Below, in pieces: positions 26,693-37,400 of a stretch of DNA of 38,287 bases; the first letter of the stretch is position 1; each line of letters begins with the position of its first letter. The stretch is from a virus (Duplodnaviria > Caudoviricetes): positions 1-38,287 of the IMG/VR virus record IMGVR_UViG_3300027861_000078; one strand, given 5' to 3'. A model generated the notes under the pieces. The model saw only the letters and a program-made list of their open reading frames with translations. It was not told the DNA's origin and did no database searches. The translations under genes and the position numbers were made by a program.

Positions 26693-28270
26693 ATGATTAT
26701 AACAAAGTTTGAGTTGGATTTATCAAGTTTACCAGCTAGTGGAGAGACAAGAAACGTCACTATAGTTGGGGGTGTTGGCGCTGAGTTTATTTTAGAGATT
26801 AGCAACGAAGATAATCATTACTACAATTTCGTAACACAAAGCTTTCAATCTAAAAGAGCTAGGTTAGAAAGCTTTATTTCTACCGGTGTTTACAAAGATG
26901 TAGTAAAGTTTCCAGCTGTTGGAGATAATGACGAGTATAACATAAGTTTATATGCTAAACCAGGTACTACGCATATTGATTATACTGAGGTTAGATTTTT
27001 AGATGGCACTTTAGATATAAACTCTTCAACTGGCTCCAATTCTTTAATGCTGTATAAAGTTATATACCAATATACAGCGTTAACACTAGGGTTGAGTGGA
27101 TATTCTGTTGGGGGTACTGTAAGTGGCACCACTACTACCGACAATATTGCTATTGACAGTGGTGGAAGCAAAACAAAAACTCCTTTTTCTTTTACATTTA
27201 CAGCCTCTGCAACAGCTGCTTATAGAATTTTAAAGCAACCAGTGGCTAATGACGTGTTATCATTTTTAGAGCCAACGGTTGGTAGCGCCCCAGAAACCTT
27301 ACCTGGAGAAAATATATACCCAACCAAAACGGCAACGGGTAACACTAATGCTGTTATGTCTAGTACTGTTACGATCACGATGGCGGACACAATAGAGGAG
27401 TTAGGACTTAAAATTGGTGACAAGGTCATACAGGCAATAGGCCCGTTTTTTGCTAACATAGTTACTGTTGTTGCTATTAGTGGTGGTGGTCTTTCAGTAA
27501 ACCAATTCACAGCCTCTGAAGCTATATCAGTTGGGAGTGGTGTTAGGTTAGACTTTTACAACCAGATGAACTACCGATGGCCATTGGATAGCATAAAGTC
27601 AATATCACCTGGTATGATAGTGGTACCAGACATCAACGTTGCGGCTGACACTGTAGTTAGCGACTATAAAGATACTATAACTATATTTGCCGATACGAAC
27701 GAGCAAGAAATAATAACAAAAAATCAAGCACCAGCTTTAGACACTAAGAACCAAAAACCAACTATAGTTAATGGAGAGGTTACGGTTCAACTTGGTAGCG
27801 TTGTGTTTAACAAACAACAAGTTCTAGCTTTAGCTGGGGACTCTTTGAAGATTGGTGGTTATGGTGAGGAACAAGTACTAAACGTTTACGGGTATGAGGT
27901 TATATTATCCGACTTAGCGATGACATTATCCGTACCAACCACAACAACTACAGAAGCTTCTGCTGGTGGTAGTTCTGCTGATATAACCGTTGCGTCCGCG
28001 GAGGGTATCATTAGCAATGTATCTAGGGTTAGTGGTATAGGTATTAACTCCGCATTGCAAAACCCACTTATAACTAGTGTTGATTTTGTTGGTAAAGACT
28101 TAACGATGGACGCTGCTCAAACTTTAGAAAATGGTATTACGTTGACTGTAGAAAATACAAGTAGGGTAGCCACTATAACAGGTAACATCGAAATTATAAA
28201 AGCTGGTAATGCTAGTGCTATATTAAGATTCGACGTGAACAATCTGCTTTCTACCTCAGCTCCATCGTAA
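26693..28270 (+). CDS. Beta-rich tail-associated structural protein
   Basis: 525 aa, T/S/G/V-rich, within the tail module. Confidence 0.6.
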   Translation: MIITKFELDLSSLPASGETRNVTIVGGVGAEFILEISNEDNHYYNFVTQSFQSKRARLESFISTGVYKDVVKFPAVGDNDEYNISLYAKPGTTHIDYTEVRFLDGTLDINSSTGSNSLMLYKVIYQYTALTLGLSGYSVGGTVSGTTTTDNIAIDSGGSKTKTPFSFTFTASATAAYRILKQPVANDVLSFLEPTVGSAPETLPGENIYPTKTATGNTNAVMSSTVTITMADTIEELGLKIGDKVIQAIGPFFANIVTVVAISGGGLSVNQFTASEAISVGSGVRLDFYNQMNYRWPLDSIKSISPGMIVVPDINVAADTVVSDYKDTITIFADTNEQEIITKNQAPALDTKNQKPTIVNGEVTVQLGSVVFNKQQVLALAGDSLKIGGYGEEQVLNVYGYEVILSDLAMTLSVPTTTTTEASAGGSSADITVASAEGIISNVSRVSGIGINSALQNPLITSVDFVGKDLTMDAAQTLENGITLTVENTSRVATITGNIEIIKAGNASAILRFDVNNLLSTSAPS

Positions 28271-28280
28271 AAAAAAGATA

Positions 28281-28303
28281 AAAACTGTGACTATTAAGGT
28301 ATA
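28281..28303 (+). promoter_or_regulatory. Candidate phage promoter AAAACTGTGACTATTAAGGTATA upstream of the GNAT/ejection module
   Basis: Only G/C-containing element in a 49-nt AT-rich intergenic gap at a module boundary. It does not match the Bacteroidota TAnnTTTG -7 element. Function is inference. Confidence 0.3.
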
Positions 28304-28319
28304 AATTTAATTAAATCAC

Positions 28320-28742
28320 ATGGAAGATATTACAGTAAGACCCATAGAAGAGGAGGATTATGTTCTTATAAATAGTTGGTGGGAAATGATTGGTAAAGCA
28401 CCACCGCCAAGAAAGCTATTACCAGAATTCGGATTACATGGGCTTATGGCCTGTAAAGATGGTAGACCCATAGTTTGTACTTATTTGTATTTGACAAACT
28501 CAGCTTTTGGTTATTGTGATTATATGATTAGTGACACTAGTTACAAAGGAAGAGATAGGTTTGAGATAGTGTTAGAGTTAATGGATCAATCTATTGGAAC
28601 CGCTTACAAGCTAGGTTGTGAAGATTTTTGGTTTGTAACAAAAAGTAAAGGCATGCTAAAGAGGTGTAAAGCTCTTGGCGTTAAAGTATCAGAAGATCCA
28701 TATTATTTAATATGCTCTTCAAATTCAAAAAAAGAAATATAA
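28320..28742 (+). CDS. GNAT-fold acetyltransferase-like protein
   Basis: 140 aa. ITVRPIEEEDY N-terminus, GLMACKDGRPIV strands, YMISDTSYKGRDR (acetyl-CoA loop-like) and AYKLGCEDFW. Confidence 0.65.
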   Translation: MEDITVRPIEEEDYVLINSWWEMIGKAPPPRKLLPEFGLHGLMACKDGRPIVCTYLYLTNSAFGYCDYMISDTSYKGRDRFEIVLELMDQSIGTAYKLGCEDFWFVTKSKGMLKRCKALGVKVSEDPYYLICSSNSKKEI

Positions 28743-28746
28743 AAAT

Positions 28747-29604
28747 ATGAGTAATAAAAATAAAAATTTAGAACCAAGTCCATTCCATAAGAAAGGCAAA
28801 AATGAAGGTGATCGTAAGAGAAATATGTGGGGTAGGGTAATGGGCAACGACTACTCTAAATGGGGCAGCGACGAATGGGGGATTGAAAGTGGTAAAGCAA
28901 AAGTAGAAAAAGCCTTTGGGGAGTTTGGAGCTATAGATACATCGAAAAACTTATTTGCGGGCGCTAGAAACCAAATGAGTTTAACGAATACTATGGAAGA
29001 CTTAACGGTTAACCAACAGCAATTTCAATTGCAAAAAGAAATGTCACAACAAGGAGCGGCTAATGCAATGAATACTTTTAGAGGTGCTGCAGGTGGTAGT
29101 GGAGCAGCTGGATTGGCCCAAGCGATGGCAAATCAACAGTCTCAAACTGCACAGCAAATATCTGCGTCCGTAGGACAACAAGAAGCCGCAAACCAAATGG
29201 CAGCAGCACAACAAGAATCTAAAAATCAAATAGCTATGGGGCAAGGTGAAATGGAAGCTCAGAAATTTAGATTACAAGGAGCTGCTGATGCTAGAGATTT
29301 AACTCTACAACAAAAACAAGGTCAACTATCATTTTTAGCAGGACAACAACAAGCTTACGAGTCCAACAAAGACGCGGATACGGCGGGTAAATCTGACCGT
29401 AGATTAAAGAAAAATATTACAAAAATAGGTGAATCAAATAGAGGATTTAATATATACTCTTTCGAGTATAAAGATTCACTAGATGGCGAGGGATTGTTTC
29501 AGGGTGTTATGTCTGATGAGATACCACAAGAAGCTGTTACAAGTGTTGATGGTTATGATAGAGTCAACTACAACATGCTAGACGTAGAATTTAAACAAAT
29601 ATAA
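28747..29604 (+). CDS. Q/A-rich internal virion (ejection/pilot-like) protein with C-terminal Peptidase S74-like intramolecular chaperone
   Basis: 285 aa. Gln/Ala/Gly-rich helical body. SDRRLKKNI..IYSFEY..QGVMSDEI..VNYNMLDV from aa 216 matches the S74 pattern. Confidence 0.75.
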   Translation: MSNKNKNLEPSPFHKKGKNEGDRKRNMWGRVMGNDYSKWGSDEWGIESGKAKVEKAFGEFGAIDTSKNLFAGARNQMSLTNTMEDLTVNQQQFQLQKEMSQQGAANAMNTFRGAAGGSGAAGLAQAMANQQSQTAQQISASVGQQEAANQMAAAQQESKNQIAMGQGEMEAQKFRLQGAADARDLTLQQKQGQLSFLAGQQQAYESNKDADTAGKSDRRLKKNITKIGESNRGFNIYSFEYKDSLDGEGLFQGVMSDEIPQEAVTSVDGYDRVNYNMLDVEFKQI

Positions 29605-29606
29605 AT

Positions 29607-31433
29607 ATGGCAATAGACGCAAATGCAATGTACCGAGCTGGTTTTGGTAGTAAAAGCACTGGTAGAGATGTAGCTCGTGACGAGAGAAATGAAAGATTAA
29701 ACGCTATAACAAAAACAGCTTTTAACATTCTAGGCCAAGCGGCTATTGGGCAAATTAAACAGAACTATCGAGGGCTACAAGAATATAGAAACGCTTCAGA
29801 TAGTCAAACGGCTCTTTTAAACCTACAGGTTGACAAGATGCCAGCCTCAAGTGGTAACTATGCCGTTAGTGAAAACGAGTCTTTAAAAGGGTCTATTCTT
29901 GAGTTAAAGTCTTTATACGATGCTGCTGCTCGTAAAGCTTCTTTTGGTATTGGTAAAGGAAGAAACAAGGGTAGGCAAGACATGACTAGATACATGAAGC
30001 AATTAAGCGACATGAACGCTGTTTTGGAAATATACAAAACTAGTAGGGAGAAATCAAAGGCTATGCTAGGTGTTTTATCTGGCGTTACTAACTCGGGTGA
30101 GGGTGTAAAAACTATAAGCTCTGGTAGCAACGCGTATGAAACAGATAACACTACACAACAAGCCACTGGTGCTTTAGGCGCACGTTTAAGATGGAATATA
30201 GAAACAGGTGAAATGGAAGTGCAGGTAGGTGGTGAGTGGCGTGAGGACGAGCAGGGTAGAAAAGTTTACATGGACAAAGCCGAAACTGGTACTTACGAAG
30301 AGTATGTTGCAGAGAATCAAGAGATGAATCTTAAGCTTAAGCAAAAACAACTCGCGTCTCAACCGGAAAAACCAGAACCGGTCATGGGGAGTAGAGCACA
30401 AGTAGATCTTGCTGGAAGTCCAATTGAAACACCTTATGAGGAAAGTGAAGCGGGTAAGTATGCAAAAGAAAGCTTAAGCCTAACCCCTAGCCCTCCTATG
30501 TCAAGAGAAGATTGGACTAAGCTTAATCAAGAAAACAGAGGCGCTGTCAGTACAATATTATATAAAAACATGAAATTTGCTGTTGAATCAGACGGTATGT
30601 TGGCTGACACTATGAGAGGTATTAAGTCAGATATTTTAAAAGCGTCTTATAGAGCAAACGCTGTGCCATGGGGGCGTGTGGCTGAGAAATATTACGGTGA
30701 GCTTCAAGCTAAGATAGGTGATTACAATGATGATCAGTTTAAGGACTATTACTTTGGTGGAGACACGTTTGATCACTCTTCAGGTAGAATGAGTGAGAGC
30801 GCACCTGCTTATCAAAGGCTTTTAGCGGAAGATGAAAGCGATGGAACTTATAAAGATGGGAAATTTGCAGAGGGACACGGACCTGGATCTGCGGATTGGG
30901 AGGGTAGACTATTAGCTTTAAAGGGTCAATCATTTGTTAAAGGTTCTTTTTATAGAAAAGAAGCTACTGATAAAATATTTAAAAACTTTGAAAAGCAGTA
31001 TACAGACAACGTGGCTGCATATAAAGCTGATAATCCTACGGACCCAAACGACGGTAGGGATAAGCAATCAACAATAGTTGGTGGAAAAAGAGGTATTTAC
31101 AACCCAGCTAACGGAGAGTACGAATATGTAGGTTACCAAAAAAATCAAATATTAGACGTAGATAAACAAGTGTCCCTTATGGTTCCTGGTGGAGTGTTTT
31201 ACGATTACAACGGTAACAAGTATAGAATGTCAGAAAACGGTACGATCAGAGGTTTTCACGCTTCCGGAGATAAAAAACTAAAAAATAAAGTTATAAAAGT
31301 ATGGGATTCAAAGCTAAATAAAGGTGAGGGAGGTTTTAGCAATGAAACTAGGTCTTGGACAAAAGAAGAGTTTTTAGACGACATGTATGGTATATCTAAC
31401 AGTAATTTTGACCCAAACTCATATAAAAAATAA
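29607..31433 (+). CDS. Putative internal virion/ejection protein
   Basis: 608 aa, helical and charged, between the pilot-like protein and the giant ORF. Confidence 0.55.
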   Translation: MAIDANAMYRAGFGSKSTGRDVARDERNERLNAITKTAFNILGQAAIGQIKQNYRGLQEYRNASDSQTALLNLQVDKMPASSGNYAVSENESLKGSILELKSLYDAAARKASFGIGKGRNKGRQDMTRYMKQLSDMNAVLEIYKTSREKSKAMLGVLSGVTNSGEGVKTISSGSNAYETDNTTQQATGALGARLRWNIETGEMEVQVGGEWREDEQGRKVYMDKAETGTYEEYVAENQEMNLKLKQKQLASQPEKPEPVMGSRAQVDLAGSPIETPYEESEAGKYAKESLSLTPSPPMSREDWTKLNQENRGAVSTILYKNMKFAVESDGMLADTMRGIKSDILKASYRANAVPWGRVAEKYYGELQAKIGDYNDDQFKDYYFGGDTFDHSSGRMSESAPAYQRLLAEDESDGTYKDGKFAEGHGPGSADWEGRLLALKGQSFVKGSFYRKEATDKIFKNFEKQYTDNVAAYKADNPTDPNDGRDKQSTIVGGKRGIYNPANGEYEYVGYQKNQILDVDKQVSLMVPGGVFYDYNGNKYRMSENGTIRGFHASGDKKLKNKVIKVWDSKLNKGEGGFSNETRSWTKEEFLDDMYGISNSNFDPNSYKK

Positions 31434-31438
31434 ATTAA

Positions 31439-34400
31439 ATGAACGAAGAATATTTAATAAACCTACATTCTAGTCTAGACGTTGAAGATGATTTTCCAAC
31501 ATGGATTAACGCGGTTAAAGACAACGATGATTATTTAACTAAACTACACTCTAGTTTAGACGTTGAAGACGACTTTGCCACATGGAAAAGTAGTGTAATG
31601 GGAAAGACAAAAGGCTCTGCGGGTGTGACTCCAAACGAAGAGCCAAAAGGTACGGGGTCGAGATTGGGGCGTGGTTCTTCGGGGCAACAAGAGATAGAGG
31701 CTAGAAAGCGACAAAATAAAACTGATGAGATTATCAAAAAGGGATTGACAGCTGCTTACTCTGATATCTTTGGGATACCTGAGTTTATGGTACCAGCTAT
31801 TACTGGGGCTAGTTCTTTTATGACTCGTTTGGGAGCTAATGTTGGAAGTCTTGTTGAAAAAGGTTATGAGTCGGCTATAGGTATGACTAAAGAAGAAATG
31901 ATTGCTGATGGGCAAAATCAATTTAGTAGAACTTACAACCAAATGTCAGATGTTTTAGATATGATGGGTGTTGAGAAGTATGATGAGTTAACTGGTGAAA
32001 CTGAAGATTTATACGGCTTAGTTGAAGATGGTAGATATGGTGATGCTGGTGAACTACTTGCTTATCAAGCTTTTAGCTCAGCGCCAGCTCTAGCTATAAC
32101 AGCAGCTGTCCCAGTGTTGGGTAGCATGGTTTTAGGAGCTGGTACTGCTGGGGAATCTTTTGAAGAAAGTTTGAAAAACAGACCAGATGAAACTTTAGAG
32201 AATATATGGTACAACTCGCTGTCAAAAGGAGCTGCTGAGTGGGGAACTGAGTGGGCTGGTGGTAAGCTTTTTAGGGTAATAAACAACTTAGATCCATCTA
32301 AAAAAGTATCTAAAACTGTAGCTGATTTATCGATGAGTTTTGGTAACAATATTTTAAAGAAAGCTGGTTTAGGTTTTTTATCAGAAGGTATTACAGAGGG
32401 TTCAACTGACTTTTTACAACAAAAAGCTGACCAACTAATATTTGGCGACATAAAAACAAATCAAGACTTTATAAGAGGTTTTATTAACACGTTTGCTGTA
32501 GGTGCCGTTATGGGTGGTGGTGTTTCTGGTGGTGGTAGAGCAATGCAAGGAAGTAATAAAAATAAATTATATCACCTTATATCTCCAAAACAATGGCAAA
32601 TCGAGCAACAAAAAATTGCTAGGCAAATAGATAATAATGCCAAAGATTTAAAGATAGCAAAAGAAAACAACGATCAAGACCAAGTAGATGTTTTTCAAAA
32701 CAATGAGAAAAAGCTAATAGAATTAGCTAATAAAAATAAAACAGATTTATATAGTAAGTTTGACGCCATGTCTAGAACTGAGCAGATAAAATACGCTGAG
32801 CAAATGGATATAGCTAATAAAGCTTTAAGTGTTGTAAATAACAAAAACTACTCAGAGCAAGCACAAGCTCAAGCTGAAAACGTTTCTAGAAAAGCGTTTC
32901 AAAACATGTTTGATTCTATTGGTAATGTGGATTTAGATGTTGATGTTGAACAGAGTATAGGTGAAGCATTAAAAGCTTCTGAAATACTAGATCCAATACT
33001 TAAAAAAGCCAAAGGCATAAATAGAGAAGATCTTACTATTAAAATACTAAACACTCAAGAAGAAGTCGATGCTGTAGCGGAAAAAGAAGGTGGTGGTATT
33101 AAGAAATCAGACGGAGCATTTATAGCTAAAGGTAAAGACGGTAAAGCTACTATATATATAAACAAAAATGTAGCTGCCGCAGCTGGTGCAACTAACGTTT
33201 TAGGTCATGAGCTCTTACACTACATGATTTCTAGAAAGTTTAAAACAGACAACAAATCTATGGCACCGTTGGTAGATGAGCTAAAAACTTACTTAAAAGA
33301 CAACCACTCAGATGTTTTTGTAAGAGTTCAGCAAAGAATAGATAACTTTTATACTAATAAAGATGGTACAATAAAAGATGGTGCTTTAGAAGAATATTTA
33401 AACGTGTTTTCTGATTTAATTAGTAAGCAAAAAATTGATATAAAAGAAGTTAATTCAAAAGGATTAAAAAGCCAATTAACAGATGTTATGGCAGGATTTG
33501 GCTTTGGCGAAATAAAATTAGATTCAGCAAAAGATGTCATTAGCTTTTTAAGCACTTATAATAAAAACATAAATAGAAAAGGTTTACTAGGTAAACTTAT
33601 GGGTACAAAAATACTAGATGTTGGTTTGACTAGTAAGAAGTTAGTTGAAGGAGAAGGCGTTGTAGATAAAGAGTCCGTAAGTAAAGACCAAACAAATTCT
33701 GTAAACGAATTAGCTGAAATGGGTTGGACTAATGAAACATGGAAAGAATCAGGCGCTGACTTTGCTATTAAAGAAATGCAAAGCAATAAAATGCTTGATG
33801 GATTGATAAGATCTAAATATAAAGCTGATATTGTTCCTGATAACTTTGTTAACTTAGTTTACTCTGAGTTAGTTAGTCACGTTAAGAATTTTAAACCCGA
33901 GCAAAATGATAATTTGTTTGGTTGGGTTAATTCTCAAATAGCTAATAAAGCTGGTAACGTTTACAATAGAGAGTTTAAGGTTGCTGATGAAATGAAAGGC
34001 GCTAAAGATATCGGTAAAACAACCAAAGAAGGTGAAGTAAAAGTTCAAGTTGCAGCAGAAAAATCTGCTGAGATGGAAGCTTTTGAAGAAGAGGATTTAT
34101 CGATTCAAGGTCAAGCCAAAAAAGCAAAAGTTGACAAACAAAGATATTCTGAATATAGAAGAAAATTAGGGTTTGAAACTGGTAGTAAAATATATAATGA
34201 AGTACTAGACAACGTTAAGAAAAGTTTAATGATGGCTTATGGTACTACTCAAAATATTACAGACGTTCAGTTAAGATCAAAAGCTATTGCAACTAAACTA
34301 AAGAAAGAATATGCTAATCTTAATAGTCCTTTGTTTAAGCAAATCAAAAACTTCTTAACTTATGGCGTTGCTGATACTTACGTAAAAAGAGGAACAAAAG

Positions 34401-37400
34401 ATACATATATATCTAATCTTAAGAAGTTCAGAGAAGACATCGTTAAAAATACGTCTACAGCGGATTTAGTTCAAATGGAAAGAAACACTCCTGAAGCCGA
34501 TAGAATCTTTACAAATTTTGTTAAGACATTAACTTCTATAGAGCAAGTACAAGATGCCGTGAACAGAGAGCAATTACCTCCAGAGGCTTTAAACAAAATT
34601 ACAAAAGACAAGAAAACAGGTAAAGGTGCTTTCTCACCTTCTCTATATAATAAAATAATGCCCACGGAAACTGAGTTGGTAAGTTGGGCTGATCAACCAG
34701 GTATTAATCCAGTTACTGGTGCTAGACAAGGTTTAAAAGGTACTAGAAAAGATGGTCTTGCAATGCGAATGGTTAATGGTTTAGTTACCGATGCAATTAT
34801 GGAAGCTAGACAGTCTGAAGAAGTTCAAAGTAAGATTGCTGAAATGGACATCGACCCAGGAAGTGTTGCTGAACTAGGAGCTGCAATTGGTAGAGAGGTT
34901 AATGTTAAATTCTCTAAGAGTAACGCGATAGGAGACATCTCAGCAGCTATAGACGGCATGGGAGACGTTAACGTATATTCTCAAATTAAGTTCTCTAAAT
35001 CTCACAGAGAAGCTTATGAGAAGCAACTGACTAAGAGACGACCTGATCTTACTGAAAAGCAAAGAAAAAACGCCGTTCAATCTGTATTTGACTTTGTAGA
35101 TGGTAAAGAAATACCAAACAATAAAAAGTCTAAGTATGAGAAAATGGCTATGCACTATACAGCCAACGGCTTCTTAATACTACCTGAAGATGGTTACAAA
35201 GTTATAGAAGCTGAAAAGATAGCTACTCAGAAGAAGTTAGATCCATTCTCTTTTAAAAATCCTAATGTTCTAATAGAAACATTTGTTGGAGGGGTTAAAG
35301 GGACTAGAACCAATCCTGATAACGTTAAAACGTTTTCTAATAAAACTCAGTTTGCAGGTGGGGTTACAGTTTACAATGTTGAAGATTCTAAGCAAGGACA
35401 AGCTGATACTAGAAAAGTAATTGATACTCACTTTGGAAAGGAGTCAAACCCTTGGTGTTTAGCTGCTAGAACAAAATCCGGAACGGAGGGCGGTGATGTG
35501 ATTACAGAAGTAGAATACAATGGTTTAGAAAACGTAATAAAAGACCAATATCTTAATGAACGTTATGAATACGGTGTGGCAGAGATTTTAGTAAAAAACA
35601 CCAACAAACAAAAAGTTAAAAAACTAGTTGCTAAACTTTTAGCAGAATACAGTGTCAACGGAACTAATAAATACAAATACGAAGTAAGCACCGAGCCAGC
35701 AGCTATTTCTATTTTTGCAGATGGCAAAAAAGGCGATGTACAAGTTAGCATAACAAAGATAGATCAACCTGTTAACTTAGACAACGCTTGGTTTCAGTGG
35801 AAACACTACAATAAAGAAGGTAACGGCCATCAAATAGCGTTTCAAAATGGTAGGTTAGTTGCTTTTAGAGATGGTAAGAACGACCCTCAGTGGTGGGATA
35901 GAAATGACAAACCTACAAGCGGAGTTGTTGTAAGAGGTAAAAAAGTTGATGGATTCAAGGAAGTTATAGAAGTAGATAAAACTAAAGAAACTTTATTGTA
36001 TTACGAAAAAGTAACTGGTGATAGGAAAAACGGTACAACAATTGAAAAAGATCTTGATGGATCACTTGTTTTACAAGAAACCAAAAAAGACGGTCAATTT
36101 TATGGTGAACGAATAAAAGTTACAGATAAAGGCGAATACAAAACAACGTTTACAGAAAATTACAGAAAAGGAGGAAAAAGATACAATTTTAAAGAAGAAA
36201 GAGTTTACACTGATAAAAAAACTAGCGTTGGAACTAGTGTGGGTAAAGGTGAGGTAATAAATCTTAATAACATAACTAAATACGAAAGATCTTTTGCTGA
36301 AAAAGACTTTGAGGTAAGCGCTGAAAGAATAATTATCGAAGGTACTGTTAATCAAAAATACTTTAAAGAGTTTAATGATCCTAGCTCAGCAACTGGATTT
36401 GCTAAAACTAATTTAAAATATCTAACACCTACTTACGAAAGATACTACAGCATGCAAGGCCAAAAAGTAACTGTTGTAGAAACTAATGGTAGAGATCAAT
36501 ATTCTTCAGAGTTATTTATTGAAAACAAGTATCCAGAAACTATACGAGAGGCTGATCAAATAGTTGAAAAAGAAATAGCAAAAGGTCGTACTGCTATTGT
36601 AATGGAAAGAGAAGGTGACTTTTATGTTAGTATTCTTGAAAACGTACAGGAAGGTAACAACGTGACAGTAGATGGTGTTGTACAAGGACCAAGAGTTAAG
36701 TTTTCTAAAAGTGCTGAGAATAATGTTAAGTTTTCTTTAAGTGAAGCTCAACAAGATAGAAAAATTTTACCAGCTATACTTAAAAAGCAAATACAGGTAG
36801 AGCGTAGAATATTAAAACAAGCTACAGAAGAAGATTTAGTTTTATTAGAAAGTTTAGGTGATTTTGAAAATGCCATTACTAGTGGTTTACAATACGAAGA
36901 AGCTTATAGTAATTTTGTTTCTAATTTACCACCAAACACAGCGGCTTTGTTGGTTGATTTTAAAAACATAGAGGCTTTTGAGCAATACGTTGTAAATATT
37001 AAGGTGCCACAAATCAGAAAGCTAGGTTTAGATGCTGCTGGAGTGTATTTTAAAAATAAATTTAATAAACTAACAACAACCAAAGACAAAGTAGATTTAG
37101 TTAACAAGTTTTTAACAAACATAGGTATATCTGCTAGAGGAGGTAAGGGTCTTGTAAAAAGTTACACTAACCAACAGCTTCTTGAAGGACCGGTTACAAA
37201 AATATTTGGAAAAAAGTTTGTAGAAAAACATTTTAACCTAGAAGAGGTAAAAAAAGGTAAAACCGTAAGATATAGTTATGATGGCAAGAGTTATGAAAAA
37301 GTTACCTTATACAAAGATATTGATACTATAAAAGAATCCCGTGGAAAAACTAGTGTTGTCAAGGAGGTTAACGGTGAAGCTAAAGAAGCTAGAGCTTTTG

